Positions 11,693 through 24,722 of a DNA stretch of 64,000 bases are shown in pieces. Numbering within the stretch: the stretch's first letter is position 1; each line of letters opens with the position of its first letter. The translations under genes were made by a program, and so were the position numbers. The notes beneath the pieces are model-generated. The model was given only the letters and a program-made list of their open reading frames with translations, did no database searches and was not told where the DNA came from. Origin of the DNA: an uncultured Gemmatimonadales bacterium (GTDB taxonomy: Bacteria > Gemmatimonadota > Gemmatimonadetes > Longimicrobiales > Gaopeijiaceae); assembly GCA_963809895.1 (NCBI GenBank), contig CAWELD010000003.1, positions 1,728,001 to 1,792,000 of the forward strand. Reading direction: 5' to 3'.

Positions 11693-13262
11693 TCTTCCGG
11701 TAGAGGGTCCGCTCACCGATCTCCAGACGCTCCGCCGCCTTGCGGCGGTTGCCGCCCACCTCTCGGAGCGCCGCCGCGATGGCTTCGCGCTCCATGTCCT
11801 CCATGGTCATTCCGGGACGGAAGACCACCACGTCCTCGTCCTCGGTCTCCGGCGCCTGGTCTCGCGACGGGCTCACGTCCATCACCTCGACGCCACCCAG
11901 TCCCTCGCCGCCGAGCCGCAGGGGCGCGCGCTGGGGAACAGGTAGCATGGCGACCTCTCCCCTGCCCCGTCCCACCTCCTGCATCTCTTCGCGGTACGCC
12001 TCGAACTCCTTGCGAAGGTCGTCGACGTCGACCCGGAGCTCCACCATGGTGCGGAAGATGAATTCCAGCTGCGGTCGGAGCGATTCCTCGCCGTCACGGC
12101 CGCTCCCGCCTGGTCGCGCCACCGGAACGGGTAGGAGATCTCTCCGTCCGCGACGCACCTCGTCGGGAATGTCATCGGCTCGGATGCGTAGGCCCGGAGC
12201 CAGCACCACCATGCTCTCCACCAGGTTGCGGAGCTCCCGGACGTTTCCCGGCCAATGGTAGTCCTTGAGGATCTCCATGGCGTCGTCCGAGATGCCCGCG
12301 AAGGGACGGTCGTTCTTCTCGGCGATCTCCCGGATGAAGCGATCCACCAGGAGAGGCACGTCCTCACGGCGGTCCCGCAGCGCCGGCATCTCGATGTGGA
12401 GCACATTGAGCCGGTAGTAGAGGTCCTTCCTGAACTCACCCATGGCCACGAGCTGCCGCAGGTCCTGGTTCGTGGCCGCCACGATGCGCACATCCACGTG
12501 GATCGGCTTCTCGCCCCCCACGCGCAGGAACTCGCGCTGCTCCAGGACCCGCAGCAGCTTGACCTGGGTGGTCAGCGGCATCTCCCCGATCTCGTCGAGG
12601 AAGATGGTTCCCTTGTCCGCCAGCTCGAAGAGCCCACGCCGGCTGTCGATGGCCCCCGTGAACGCGCCTTTCTCGTGTCCGAAGAGCTCACTCTCCAGCA
12701 GGGTGTCGGACAGCGCCGCCACGTTCACCGCGATGAAGGGGCGGTGGCGCCTGGGGGAGAGGGCGTGGAGGCCCCGCGCGGCCAGCTCCTTTCCCGTGCC
12801 GGACTCACCGGTGAGGAGCACCGTGGACGCCACAGGGGCGATCTGCACGACGCGCTCCAGCACCTCGCGCATGACGTCGGTCTCGCCCACGATCCCGGTT
12901 ACGCTTCGTAGCCGGTGACGTTCGAGGAGGCGGCGAGCGACCAGCACCACCTCATCGGCTGCGGCACCGGGCGCGAACACCTCCTGGATGGTACCGTCGG
13001 CGACTGCAGCAGCGGGTCGCCCCTCCAGCGGGGCGAACCCCACGATGGGGATATCGAGCTCCTGACGGGCCTGGCGCGCCAGGCCTTCGGTGTGTCCTCC
13101 GGGCTCCATCTCGGTGAGGACCAGCAGGACCGCGTCGTCTCGGGCACCGACGTGCTCGTCCGGTGTGACCAGCTCCACCGCGTATCCGGCGCCCTCGAAG
13201 GCGCTCCGCAGGGTCCCGGCCCGTTTCAGGTCGTGGGTGGATACCAGGACGCGGTCGCTCAC
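11667..13262 (-). CDS. Sigma54-dependent transcriptional activator (bEBP) with degenerate receiver domain
   Basis: [30 protein letters not shown]-terminal Fis-type HTH. Confidence 0.93.
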   Translation of the reverse strand: MSDRVLVSTHDLKRAGTLRSAFEGAGYAVELVTPDEHVGARDDAVLLVLTEMEPGGHTEGLARQARQELDIPIVGFAPLEGRPAAAVADGTIQEVFAPGAAADEVVLVARRLLERHRLRSVTGIVGETDVMREVLERVVQIAPVASTVLLTGESGTGKELAARGLHALSPRRHRPFIAVNVAALSDTLLESELFGHEKGAFTGAIDSRRGLFELADKGTIFLDEIGEMPLTTQVKLLRVLEQREFLRVGGEKPIHVDVRIVAATNQDLRQLVAMGEFRKDLYYRLNVLHIEMPALRDRREDVPLLVDRFIREIAEKNDRPFAGISDDAMEILKDYHWPGNVRELRNLVESMVVLAPGLRIRADDIPDEVRRGRRDLLPVPVARPGGSGRDGEESLRPQLEFIFRTMVELRVDVDDLRKEFEAYREEMQEVGRGRGEVAMLPVPQRAPLRLGGEGLGGVEVMDVSPSRDQAPETEDEDVVVFRPGMTMEDMEREAIAAALREVGGNRRKAAERLEIGERTLYRKIKKYDLEH

Positions 13263-13771
13263 GCCGGCACGCCTCCCCGCGCATCCGGCGGTCGATGGCC
13301 AGGCTTCGCGCCGGCCAGAAGTGAGACCACGTGGTCCAGGAGAGGCTCCAGGACGGCGATTCCGTCGCGAACGCCTCCGGGGCTTCCGGGAAGGTTGACG
13401 ATCAGCACGCCCCCCCGGCTCCCAGCGAGACCTCTGGACAGGACGGCGTAGGGCGTGGACTCCTCGCCGGCCCTGCGCAGGCGCTCGGCGAGGCCCGACG
13501 CGTCACGATCCAGGACGGCGCGCGTGGCCTCCGGAGTCACGTCTCGCGGACCGAAGCCCGTGCCGCCCGTGGTGATCACCGCGTCGACCTCGCCCTCGTC
13601 GCTCCAGCTCAGCAGGGTGCGGGTGATGGTGAGCGCGTCGTCGGGAACCACCGCCCGGCGCGTCACCTGGCGGCCCGTCTCGCGGGCCCACGCCTCCAGC
13701 GCCGCCCCGCTGGCGTCTTCCCGCTCGCCGGCGGCGGCGCCGTCGCTGACCGTGAGGATTCCCAGGCGCAC
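13259..13771 (-). CDS. mog: MogA/MoaB molybdenum cofactor biosynthesis protein
   Basis: ILTVSD, REDASG, TTGGTGFGPRDVTPEAT, NLPGSP. Confidence 0.92.
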   Translation of the reverse strand: MRLGILTVSDGAAAGEREDASGAALEAWARETGRQVTRRAVVPDDALTITRTLLSWSDEGEVDAVITTGGTGFGPRDVTPEATRAVLDRDASGLAERLRRAGEESTPYAVLSRGLAGSRGGVLIVNLPGSPGGVRDGIAVLEPLLDHVVSLLAGAKPGHRPPDARGGVPA

Positions 13772-13780
13772 CGGATCACC

Positions 13781-14890
13781 TCAGCGCCGGATGGAGCCCT
13801 CGGTGTAGAACGGCGGGCGCTGGACCACGGCGCCCAGTTCCTTTCCGCGCACGTCCAGCGTCACCTCGGTACCCGCGCCCCCCAGGCGGGTGGGCACGTA
13901 GCCCATGGCGACGCCCACGCCCAGCGAGGGACTCATGGTCCCGCTGGTGACCACCCCCACACCGGCGCCGGCGGAGCGGATCTCGTAGCCCGGCCGGGGA
14001 AAGCCGCGCTCGGTGAGGCGCATCCCCACCAGCCGCCGCTCCACACCGGCCTCCTTCTGGGCGACCAGGGACTCGCGACCGACGAAGTCGCCCTTGTCGA
14101 GCTTGGTGATCCAGCCCAGGCCTGCCTCCAGCGGCGTGTGGTCCTCGTCCAGGTCGTTGCCGTACAGGGCGTATCCCATCTCCAGGCGCAGGGAGTCGCG
14201 CGCGCCCAGCCCTGCCGGAATCAGCCCGTGCGCCGCTCCTTCGTCGAGGATCGCCCGCCACAGGTCGGCGGCACGGCTGGCGGGCACGTAGAGCTCGAAG
14301 CCGTCCTCGCCGGTGTAGCCCGTGGCGCTGATGACGGCATCGACGCCGGCGACCCGACCCTCGGCGAAACGATAGTAGCCGATGGTGTCCAGATCGGTAT
14401 CCGTGAGGGGCTGGAGGATCGCCCGTGCCCGGGGTCCCTGAAGCGCCAACAGGCCGGTGGCGTCGGAGCGGTCCTCGAGCTCCACGTCGAGCCCCTCCTC
14501 GTGGCTCACAACCCACGCCCAGTCCTTGTCGTGGTTGGACGCGTTCACCACCAGCATGTAGTGATCGGGAAAGCGGTAGACGATGAGGTCGTCGATGATG
14601 CCGCCGTCCTCGCGGCACATGGCCGAGTATTGCGCCTGCCCCACGTCCATACGCGACGCGTCGTTCACCGTGATGCGCTGCACCAGGGCCAGAGCATCCG
14701 GGCCCCGGACCTCGAACTCACCCATATGGCTCACGTCGAAGAGCCCCGCGGCGTCGCGCACCGCCTTGTGCTCCGCGGTGATGCCGGTGGGATACTGCAC
14801 CGGCATGGCGTAGCCCGCGAAGGGCACCATCTTCCCGCCCAGGGCTTCGTGCTCGTCGTGGAGGGGCGTGCGCTTGAGATCGTCAGCCAT
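13781..14890 (-). CDS. gcvT: Glycine cleavage system aminomethyltransferase T
   Basis: KRTPL, FAGYAMPVQY, FDVSHMGE, GYTGEDGFE, GLGARDSLRLE. Confidence 0.97.
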   Translation of the reverse strand: MADDLKRTPLHDEHEALGGKMVPFAGYAMPVQYPTGITAEHKAVRDAAGLFDVSHMGEFEVRGPDALALVQRITVNDASRMDVGQAQYSAMCREDGGIIDDLIVYRFPDHYMLVVNASNHDKDWAWVVSHEEGLDVELEDRSDATGLLALQGPRARAILQPLTDTDLDTIGYYRFAEGRVAGVDAVISATGYTGEDGFELYVPASRAADLWRAILDEGAAHGLIPAGLGARDSLRLEMGYALYGNDLDEDHTPLEAGLGWITKLDKGDFVGRESLVAQKEAGVERRLVGMRLTERGFPRPGYEIRSAGAGVGVVTSGTMSPSLGVGVAMGYVPTRLGGAGTEVTLDVRGKELGAVVQRPPFYTEGSIRR

Positions 14891-14937
14891 CGTGATGCCG
14901 CCTGTGGTCGTTCGGGATATGGGATCGAGGGCGCGGC

Positions 14938-15855
14938 TCAGCGCCCTTCCATGAGCATGAGCAGGAGGGCCTTCTGGGCGTGGAGACGGTTCTCGGCTTC
15001 CTGGAAGACCCTCGACGCAGGCCCGTCGATGACGCCCGCGGCCACTTCCTCACCCCGGTGGGCCGGGAGGCAGTGCAGGAAGATCGCATCCGCGGCGGCC
15101 TGGTCCATGAGCGCCTCGTCCACACAGTAGCCGTGGAACGCCAGAGCGCGCTCGCGGGCCTCCTCCTCCTGGCCCATGGAGGCCCAAACGTCGGTGGTGA
15201 CCACCCGCGCTCCTTCGGCAGCCTCGCCGGGGCTGCGGGTCAACAGCACGTTGGTCCGCTCGCGGGCGCGCGCCAGGATATCGGGGTCCGGCTCGTAATT
15301 CTCGGGGCAAGCCAGCCGGAGATCGAATCCCAGCAGCGCCGCGGCGTTGAGCCAGGAGTTGGCCATGTTGTTGCCGTCGCCGATCCAGGCCACCGGCACA
15401 TCCGACAGGTCGCCCCCGAACACCTCGGACATGGTCTGTAGATCGGCGAGCAACTGGCAGGGGTGCAGCAGGTCGGTGAGGCCGTTGACCACCGGGACGG
15501 AGGCGTAACGGGCAAGCTCCACCACCTCCTCGTGGGCGAAGGTGCGGATCATGATGGCATCGACGTAGCCGCTCAGGACGTGAGCGGTGTCGTGCAGGCT
15601 CTCGCCCCGGCCCATCTGACTCGTCTGGTCCGAGAGGAAGACCGCGTGGCCGCCGAGTTGCGCCATGCCCACCTCGAACGACACCCGGGTCCGTGTGCTG
15701 CTCTTGCGGAAGATCATGGCCAGGGTCCGGCCCACCAGGAGCCGCTCCCCCCGAGGATCCTGCTTGAGGCCCCGAGCTCGTGCCAGGAGCTGCAGGAGCT
15801 CCTCGCGGGACAGGTCCGGAAGAGCCAGGAAGTCGCGTTTCGTGCTCTCGCTCAT
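14938..15855 (-). CDS. argF: Ornithine carbamoyltransferase
   Basis: STRTRVSFE, HPCQ, DVWASMGQE, FLHCLP, AENRLH. Confidence 0.96.
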   Translation of the reverse strand: MSESTKRDFLALPDLSREELLQLLARARGLKQDPRGERLLVGRTLAMIFRKSSTRTRVSFEVGMAQLGGHAVFLSDQTSQMGRGESLHDTAHVLSGYVDAIMIRTFAHEEVVELARYASVPVVNGLTDLLHPCQLLADLQTMSEVFGGDLSDVPVAWIGDGNNMANSWLNAAALLGFDLRLACPENYEPDPDILARARERTNVLLTRSPGEAAEGARVVTTDVWASMGQEEEARERALAFHGYCVDEALMDQAAADAIFLHCLPAHRGEEVAAGVIDGPASRVFQEAENRLHAQKALLLMLMEGR

Positions 15856-15892
15856 GCGTCGTGCTCGGTTCGAACGGTGCTCGATCTCGGGA

Positions 15893-17425
15893 TCAGAGGA
15901 TGTAGCGTCGCAGGTCCTCGTCTTCGACGATGGCGCTCAGGTTCCGGCGCACGAAGTCGGCATCGATGACCACCCGCTTGGCGCTGTCGTCGGGCAGCTT
16001 GAAGAGCACGTCCTCCAGGAGCGTGGTCATGACGGTCTGGAGGCGGCGGGCGCCGATATTCTCCATACGCGTATTCAGCTCGGTGGCGATGCGTGCTATC
16101 TCCTCCACGCCCTCGTCGCTGAACTCCAGGGTGCCGCCCTCGGTCTCCACAAGGGCCCGATACTGATTCAGGAGTGCGTTGCGGGGCTCCGTCAGGATGC
16201 GCACGAAGTCTCGCTGGCCCAGGCTGTGCAGCTCCACACGGATCGGGAAACGCCCCTGGAGCTCGGGGATCAGGTCGCTGGGCTTGGCCACGTGGAAGGC
16301 GCCAGCGGCCACGAACAGGACGTGGTCGGTGCGCACCAGGCCGTACTTCGTCTGCACGGTCGAGCCCTCGACGATGGGCAGGAGGTCACGCTGAACACCT
16401 TCCCGGCTGACGTCGGGGCCCGCCCCACCCCGCTCGCCGGCGACCTTGTCGATCTCGTCGAGGAAGACGATGCCCATGTCCTCGGTGCGGTTCAGCGCTT
16501 CGGTGACCACCTCGTCCATGTCCACCAGGCGATCCAGCTCGTCCTGGAAGAGGATGCGGCGAGCCTCGGCCACGGTGACCTGCCGCCGCTTGGTCTTCTT
16601 CGGCAGCATGTCCTGGAGCATTTCGGTGAAGTTGTAGTCCATCCCTTCGCCCATGGGCACCATCATGCCGTCCAGGTTCGGTGCCTGCTGGACCTCCACC
16701 TCCACTTCACGGTCCTCGAGGGTTCCATCGTTGAGCAGCTTGCGGAGCTTCTCCCTGGTGCGTGCCCGGCGCTGGGGGAGGCCTTCCTGGGCCTCCCCGT
16801 GGTCGCCCTCCGATGCGCGAGCCTCGACGCCACCTGGACCCGCCACGAAGATCGACCCCAACGCCACCCGTCCCGTGTCGTCGTCCGCACCGGCTCCGGC
16901 CTGTTCGGAGCCCTCGCCTCCCGCCGGGAAGAGCAGATCCAGGAGCTTCTCCTCCACCCGGGCCTCGGCGAGCTCGGCCACGTCTTCCTCGCGCTCGGCG
17001 CGCACCATGTTGATGGCCACGTCCACCAGGTCGCGAATCATGCTCTCCACGTCGCGACCCACGTAGCCCACCTCGGTGAATTTGCTGGCCTCGACCTTGA
17101 CGAAGGGAGCGCCCGCCAGTCGGGCCAGACGCCGCGCGATCTCGGTCTTGCCGACGCCCGTGGGGCCGATGAGGATCAGGTTCGCCGGAACGATCTCGTC
17201 TCTGAGGTCATCGGGCACCCGCTGGCGTCGCCACCGGTTGCGCAAGGCGATGGCCACCGCCTTCTTGGCGTCGCCCTGACCCACGATGTAGGTGTCGAGC
17301 TCCGCGACGATCTGCCGCGGCGTGAGCCACTCCGCCCACTCGTCGTCGGAAATGCGCCCGTCTTCCTCGGCTTTCGAGGGTGGGGTGGGCGTGGGAGGTG
17401 TGGCGATGATGGTTTCTTCTGTCAT
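15893..17425 (-). CDS. hslU: ATP-dependent protease ATPase subunit HslU
   Basis: [40 protein letters not shown]-terminal DLRRYIL. Confidence 0.97.
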   Translation of the reverse strand: MTEETIIATPPTPTPPSKAEEDGRISDDEWAEWLTPRQIVAELDTYIVGQGDAKKAVAIALRNRWRRQRVPDDLRDEIVPANLILIGPTGVGKTEIARRLARLAGAPFVKVEASKFTEVGYVGRDVESMIRDLVDVAINMVRAEREEDVAELAEARVEEKLLDLLFPAGGEGSEQAGAGADDDTGRVALGSIFVAGPGGVEARASEGDHGEAQEGLPQRRARTREKLRKLLNDGTLEDREVEVEVQQAPNLDGMMVPMGEGMDYNFTEMLQDMLPKKTKRRQVTVAEARRILFQDELDRLVDMDEVVTEALNRTEDMGIVFLDEIDKVAGERGGAGPDVSREGVQRDLLPIVEGSTVQTKYGLVRTDHVLFVAAGAFHVAKPSDLIPELQGRFPIRVELHSLGQRDFVRILTEPRNALLNQYRALVETEGGTLEFSDEGVEEIARIATELNTRMENIGARRLQTVMTTLLEDVLFKLPDDSAKRVVIDADFVRRNLSAIVEDEDLRRYIL

Positions 17426-17460
17426 GATGTCCAATCCGATCCCGGCCCGGGCCGGCGCGG

Positions 17461-18015
17461 TCAATCGGCGTCGCCGCCCAGCTCCAGGACGGTGATGTCC
17501 TGATTCGTGTAGATGCAGATCTCACCGGCGATGCGCAGCGCTTCACGCACGATCTCGCCGGCCCCGAGGCTGGAATGGTTCTTCAGCGCCCGCGCCGCTG
17601 CCAGGGCGTAGCTTCCACCGGAGCCGATGGCCGCGATGTCGTCATCGGGCTCGATGACGTCACCGTCTCCGCTGATGAGAAAGAGGTGGTCCTTGTCGGC
17701 CACCACAAGAAGGGCATTGAGGCGCCTGAGGAAGCGGTCGGTACGCCAGTCCTTGGCCAGCTCGACCACCGAACGGGTGAGATTGCCGGGAAAGCGCTCG
17801 AGCTTCTCTTCGAGCTTCTCGAAGAGCGTGAACGCGTCGGCCACCGCTCCCGCGAATCCCGCGAGAATCGTACCGTCCTTCAGCTCTCTGACCTTACGGG
17901 CACGGGTCTTCACCACGGTGTCGCCCATGGTCACCTGCCCGTCGCCTCCAAGCGCCACCGTTCCGTCCCGGCGCACGGCCACCACGGTGGTGGCGCGGAT
18001 GTCCTGATGCCGCAC
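17461..18015 (-). CDS. hslV: ATP-dependent protease subunit HslV
   Basis: Propeptide then TTVVAV, GDGQVT, AIGSGG, ICIYTN. Confidence 0.97.
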   Translation of the reverse strand: MRHQDIRATTVVAVRRDGTVALGGDGQVTMGDTVVKTRARKVRELKDGTILAGFAGAVADAFTLFEKLEEKLERFPGNLTRSVVELAKDWRTDRFLRRLNALLVVADKDHLFLISGDGDVIEPDDDIAAIGSGGSYALAAARALKNHSSLGAGEIVREALRIAGEICIYTNQDITVLELGGDAD

Positions 18016-18051
18016 GTTGACCCCTCTCGTCCCTGGCGTGTGTGGACTCTA

Positions 18052-18077
18052 ACGATAACAGTCTGCCGACTTGGCAG
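18052..18077 (-). promoter_or_regulatory. Putative internal hslVU promoter (extended -10) with adjacent palindrome
   Basis: Minus strand reads CTGCCAAGTCGGCAG-AC-TGTTATCGT: a CTGCC-N5-GGCAG palindrome next to TGnTATCGT. Confidence 0.4.
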
Positions 18078-18131
18078 GGAGTGGGAGGGGGCGCCCCCTG
18101 GGGCCAGGTTGGAGCCCGACGGACGAAGCCG

Positions 18132-19088
18132 TCAGTCCGAACGGGGGTGGGCGTCGCGGTAGACCTGCTTGAGGCGCTCGGTGGAGGTGTGCGTGTAGAT
18201 CTGCGTGGTAGAGAGCGACACGTGGCCCAGAAGCTCCTTCACCGCCATGAGGTCGGCACCGCCGTCCAGCAGGTGGGTCGCGAACGAGTGTCGCAGGGAG
18301 TGCACGCTGAGCCCCTCGTCGGCGCCTGCCGCCTCCAGCAACGCGTGCACGATCTTCTGGATGCCTCGACGCGAGAGCCGACGGCCTCCGGGACCCAGAA
18401 GGAGGGCCCGGCGATCCGCCGCGCTGGCGTCCGGTCCCACGGCCTCGTCTCGCCGGGGCAGATAGCGGCGCACGGCCACCACCGCCGCCCGCGTCAGGGG
18501 AACGATACGCTCCTTGCGGCCCTTGCCACGCACCTTCACCTGCTCCGCCACGAGATCCAGGTCCTGGAGGTCCAGACCATGCAGCTCGGAAAGGCGCAGG
18601 CCGCTTCCGTACAGAAGCTCGAGGAGCGCCAGGTTGCGCGTGCCCGCCAGTGTGTTCTCGGCGGCACGGGCCTCCGCCACGTCGAAGAGCGCCTGGGCGT
18701 CCCCGTGGGTGAGATGCCCGGGCAGCTTCTTGTCGAGCCGCGGGGCTCGCAACGCGCGCGTGGGATTGCGGTCCAGTCGCTCTTCGAGATGGAGGAAACG
18801 GAAGAAGGTCCGCACCGCCGACAGCTTGCGGGCTGCCGTGCGCCGCGACAGCCCACGCCGGTCCAGCCATCCCAGGAAGGAGCGCAGCGTGAGGCGGTCC
18901 ACGTCACCCCAGCCCCACTCCGGCGTACCGTAGTAGCCGGTGAGGAACTCGGAAAGATCCGTCAGGTCGCGTCGGTAGGCCGAGACCGTGTTGGGCGAGA
19001 GCTGACGCTCGTCCGCCAGATGGCGCAGAAACTCCTGGACGGCCGTCCCGGACGTCTCCTGCGACCGTGGCCCCCGTGCAGCGCTCAT
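18132..19088 (-). CDS. xerC: Tyrosine recombinase XerC
   Basis: SPNTVSAYRRDL, LYGSGLRLSEL, GKGRKER, HSLRHSFATH, LLGHVSLSTTQIYTH; topA-trmFO-xerC-hslVU synteny. Confidence 0.93.
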   Translation of the reverse strand: MSAARGPRSQETSGTAVQEFLRHLADERQLSPNTVSAYRRDLTDLSEFLTGYYGTPEWGWGDVDRLTLRSFLGWLDRRGLSRRTAARKLSAVRTFFRFLHLEERLDRNPTRALRAPRLDKKLPGHLTHGDAQALFDVAEARAAENTLAGTRNLALLELLYGSGLRLSELHGLDLQDLDLVAEQVKVRGKGRKERIVPLTRAAVVAVRRYLPRRDEAVGPDASAADRRALLLGPGGRRLSRRGIQKIVHALLEAAGADEGLSVHSLRHSFATHLLDGGADLMAVKELLGHVSLSTTQIYTHTSTERLKQVYRDAHPRSD

Positions 19089-20461
19089 CCCACCGGCGCC
19101 TCCGAAGCCGGCGCCCCGTCCCCGACGAGCTGGTCCGGATCCACGGAGGGCTCCACGCCCACCTCGCCCATCCAGGCCAGGAAGTCCCGCAGAGCCCGGG
19201 CCGCGAGCATCTCCCGCTTCTTGCGCTTGTCGCGTACCCGCTCAGCGAGTGGCTCCACCAGACCCCAGTTGGAGTTCATGGGCTGGAAGCGCTTCGGATC
19301 GCTGTCGCGAAGATAGCGATAGAGGGCCCCCAGCATCGTGGTGGGTGGCGGAAGGCGCGGCTCGAGGCCACGGAGGATCCGGTCGAGCACCAGCGCGGCC
19401 ATGATCCCGCTGGAGGCGGACTCCGTGTAGCCCTCCACCCCCGTGAGCTGGCCGGCGAAGATCATGTCGGGACGGCCCTTCAGTGAACCGTGGGCGGTGA
19501 GCGTCGACGGGAAGCTCAGATAGCTGTTGCGGTGGATCGAGCCCCAGCGCAGGAAGTCCGCGTTCCCCAGCCCCGGAATGAGCGTGAACACACGCCGCTG
19601 CTCACCGGTGCGCAGCCGGGTCTGGAAGCCGACCATGTTCCACATCTGCCCCGCCCGGTCTTCTCGTCGGAGCTGAACCACCGCCCAGGGACGCCGCCCG
19701 GTGCGAGGGTCCGTGAGCCCGATGGGCTTCATGGGCCCGAAGCGCAGCGTGTCGTCTCCGCGCGACGCCATGACCTCGATGGGAAGACAACCCTCGAAGT
19801 AGGGGACCGCTTCCCAATCGTGACCCTCGTACACATCCGCCGCCTTCAAGGCATCGAGGAAGACCTGGTACTCTTCCTTCGACATGGGACAGTTGAGGTA
19901 GTCTCCGGATTCTTCGAAACGGCCCGCCTCGAAGGCGATGGATTCGTCGATGGAGTCCCGCTCGATGATGGGAGCGATGGCGTCGAAGAAGGCCAGGCCG
20001 TCGTCACCGAGCTCGCGGCGGATGGCGTCGGACAGGGCGTCGGAGGTGAGCGGCCCCGTAGCGATGATCGCCGGGCCCTCGGGAATGCGCGTGGTCTCCT
20101 CCCGGAGTACCTCGATGCCCGGGTGCTCCGTCGACGGCCCGGGTCATGGCCTGCGAGAAGAGGTGACGGTCCACCGCCAGGGCCGAGCCCGCCGCCACGC
20201 GGCTCCGATCCGCCGACTCCAGCAGCACCGAGCCCAGCAGGCGCATCTCGCGTTTGAGCTCGCCATGAGCGTTGGCGGGGTCTTCGGTCTTGAAGGAGTT
20301 CGTGCACACCAACTCGCCCAGACCGTCGGTCTGGTGCGCCGGCGTGCTGCGGACGGGCCGCATCTCGATCAGACGGACCCGGTGCCCACGACGGGCCAAT
20401 CCGAGGGCCGCCTCGCAGCCGGCGAGTCCACCCCCCACCACAATGGCGTCGGGTCGGGCAC

Positions 20462-20465
<4 letters not shown>
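19085..20465 (-). CDS. trmFO: Methylenetetrahydrofolate--tRNA-(uracil-54)-methyltransferase TrmFO (single +1 frameshift near 20132)
   Basis: N-terminal GGGLAGCEAA...ELVCTNSF...ALAVDR. After removing one base the frame continues TEHPGIEVLREE..IATGPLTS..FFDAIAP..YLNCPM..FEGCLPIE..AGQLTGVEGY. Confidence 0.93.
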
Positions 20466-22945
<2,480 letters not shown>

Positions 22946-22984
22946 AGGTGCGGATCGGGGTTCAGCGAGTGTCTTCGGGTGACG

Positions 22985-23521
22985 TCACGACGTCACGCCC
23001 ATGGCGTTCACGATGGCCTCTGCCAGCCGCTCCGGAGAGGCCCGGCGGGCATCCAGATGCAGCCGGGCCCGTTGGTAGTACTGCCTGCGCGACTCGAGGA
23101 GTGTCCGTGCCCGGATCTCGCGGTCCGGTCCCGCGAGCAGCGGCCGAACGTGGCGGTCGGCCCTCGCTCGAGCGAGAACCGTCTCGACATCCACATCCAG
23201 CCAGACGCTGAACGTGTCCGCGGGCAGTCCCTCCATGCGGCCGGCCACCGCCGGCCAGCCTCCACCGGGCGCGAGCACCACCCCGGACCGGGCGAGCACT
23301 TCCGCTCCGAGCCGGGCCTCGAGTGTCCGGAACACGGCCTCGCCCTCGTCGGCGAAGATCCGCTCCACCGAGCGTCCCGACCGGCGTTCGATCTCGGTAT
23401 CGAAGTCGAGGAACGTCCACGCCAAGCGCCGTGCCAGGCATGGTCCCACGGTGGACTTGCCGCTGGCCATGAAGCCCACCAGCACCACGTTGCGGATGGC
23501 GTCAGAGGGGTCGCTCACCAT
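22985..23521 (-). CDS. aroK: Shikimate kinase
   Basis: GFMASGKSTVG, GEAVFRTLE, GGG, RPLL; start overlaps the end of aroC. Confidence 0.93.
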   Translation of the reverse strand: MVSDPSDAIRNVVLVGFMASGKSTVGPCLARRLAWTFLDFDTEIERRSGRSVERIFADEGEAVFRTLEARLGAEVLARSGVVLAPGGGWPAVAGRMEGLPADTFSVWLDVDVETVLARARADRHVRPLLAGPDREIRARTLLESRRQYYQRARLHLDARRASPERLAEAIVNAMGVTS

Positions 23522-24722
23522 ATCCGCGTTGCGACAGGTACGCGAGGAATCCGTCGAAGTTCCGGCGGGTTTCCGCCATGGAGTCCCCGCCGAACTTCTC
23601 CAGGAAGGCATCGGCCAGAACGAGGGCGACCATGGCCTCACCGACCACGGCCGCGGCCGGCACGGCGCACACGTCGCTGCGCTCGGTGGCCGCATCGGCC
23701 TCGGACCCGTCACGGAGATCCACCGAGGGAAGGCGGTTCCGGAGGGTGGAGATGGGCTTCATGTGCCCTCGCACGACCAGCGGGGCGCCGGTGGTGACGC
23801 CGCCCTCGAGCCCTCCGGCCCGATTCGAAGCCCGTCCAAAGCCCCCGGCCCTGTCCCTCGCCTCGTCCAGCACGATGGGATCGTGCACCCGCGTGCCTGG
23901 GCGACGGGCGCCCTCGAATCCTTCGCCGATCTCCACGCCCTTGATGGCCTGCACCGACATCATGGCGCCCGCCAGGCGGCCGTCCAGCTTGGTATCCCAC
24001 GACACGTGACTGCCGAGGCCCACCGGGAGCCCGGTGGCCACGACCTCGAAAGCACCGCCCAGCGTGTCCCCTTCGTCCTTGGCCCGGTCGATGGCCGCCA
24101 CCATGCGCTCGTTGGCCTCCGGATCGATACAACGCAGCGGCGAATCGTCCACCGCAGCGTTCAGATCCTCCGGGAGCGGGTCGGGAAGGCGGGCATCGAT
24201 CCCGCCCAGGCTGATCACGTGGCTCCCGATCCGGATGCCGAAGGCCCCGAGAAAGGTCCGGGCCACCGCACCGCACGCCACCCGAGCGGCGGTCTCCCGG
24301 GCACTGGCGCGCTCCAGGATGTCCCGGGTGTCCCTCCGGGCGTACTTGAGCACCCCGACCAGATCGGCGTGGCCAGGACGGGGCAGATACATGGAGCGCA
24401 GCGCCTTGGGATTCACGTCGGTCGGCGGAGGCGCGGGACTCATGGCCACGGTCCAGTTCTCCCAGTCCCGGTTCCAGACGAGCATGGCCAGCGGCGAGCC
24501 CAGCGTCTCGCCCAACCGAACGCCGCTCAGGAGCTCGGCGCGGTCCGACTCGATCTGCATGCGACGGCCGCGGCCGTACCCGCCCTGCCTGCGCCGCAGG
24601 TCGGGATCCACGTCGCGCTCCATCTCCAGCGACAACCCGGCTGGAATCCCCTCCAGGAGGGCCACCAATCCCCGGCCGTGGGACTCACCAGCGGTGTGGA
24701 AGGAGATGTGCCTCATGCTCAT
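23502..24722 (-). CDS. aroC: Chorismate synthase
   Basis: TAGESHG, RPGHAD, ERASARETA, NRAGGLEGG, MKPISTL, ERSDVCAVP. Confidence 0.98.
   Translation of the reverse strand: MSMRHISFHTAGESHGRGLVALLEGIPAGLSLEMERDVDPDLRRRQGGYGRGRRMQIESDRAELLSGVRLGETLGSPLAMLVWNRDWENWTVAMSPAPPPTDVNPKALRSMYLPRPGHADLVGVLKYARRDTRDILERASARETAARVACGAVARTFLGAFGIRIGSHVISLGGIDARLPDPLPEDLNAAVDDSPLRCIDPEANERMVAAIDRAKDEGDTLGGAFEVVATGLPVGLGSHVSWDTKLDGRLAGAMMSVQAIKGVEIGEGFEGARRPGTRVHDPIVLDEARDRAGGFGRASNRAGGLEGGVTTGAPLVVRGHMKPISTLRNRLPSVDLRDGSEADAATERSDVCAVPAAAVVGEAMVALVLADAFLEKFGGDSMAETRRNFDGFLAYLSQRGYGERPL

Noticed and set aside
18132..19088. Tyrosine recombinase as a sign of an integrated element
   Set aside because: It sits in the conserved housekeeping topA-trmFO-xerC-hslVU context with no att repeats or cargo genes.
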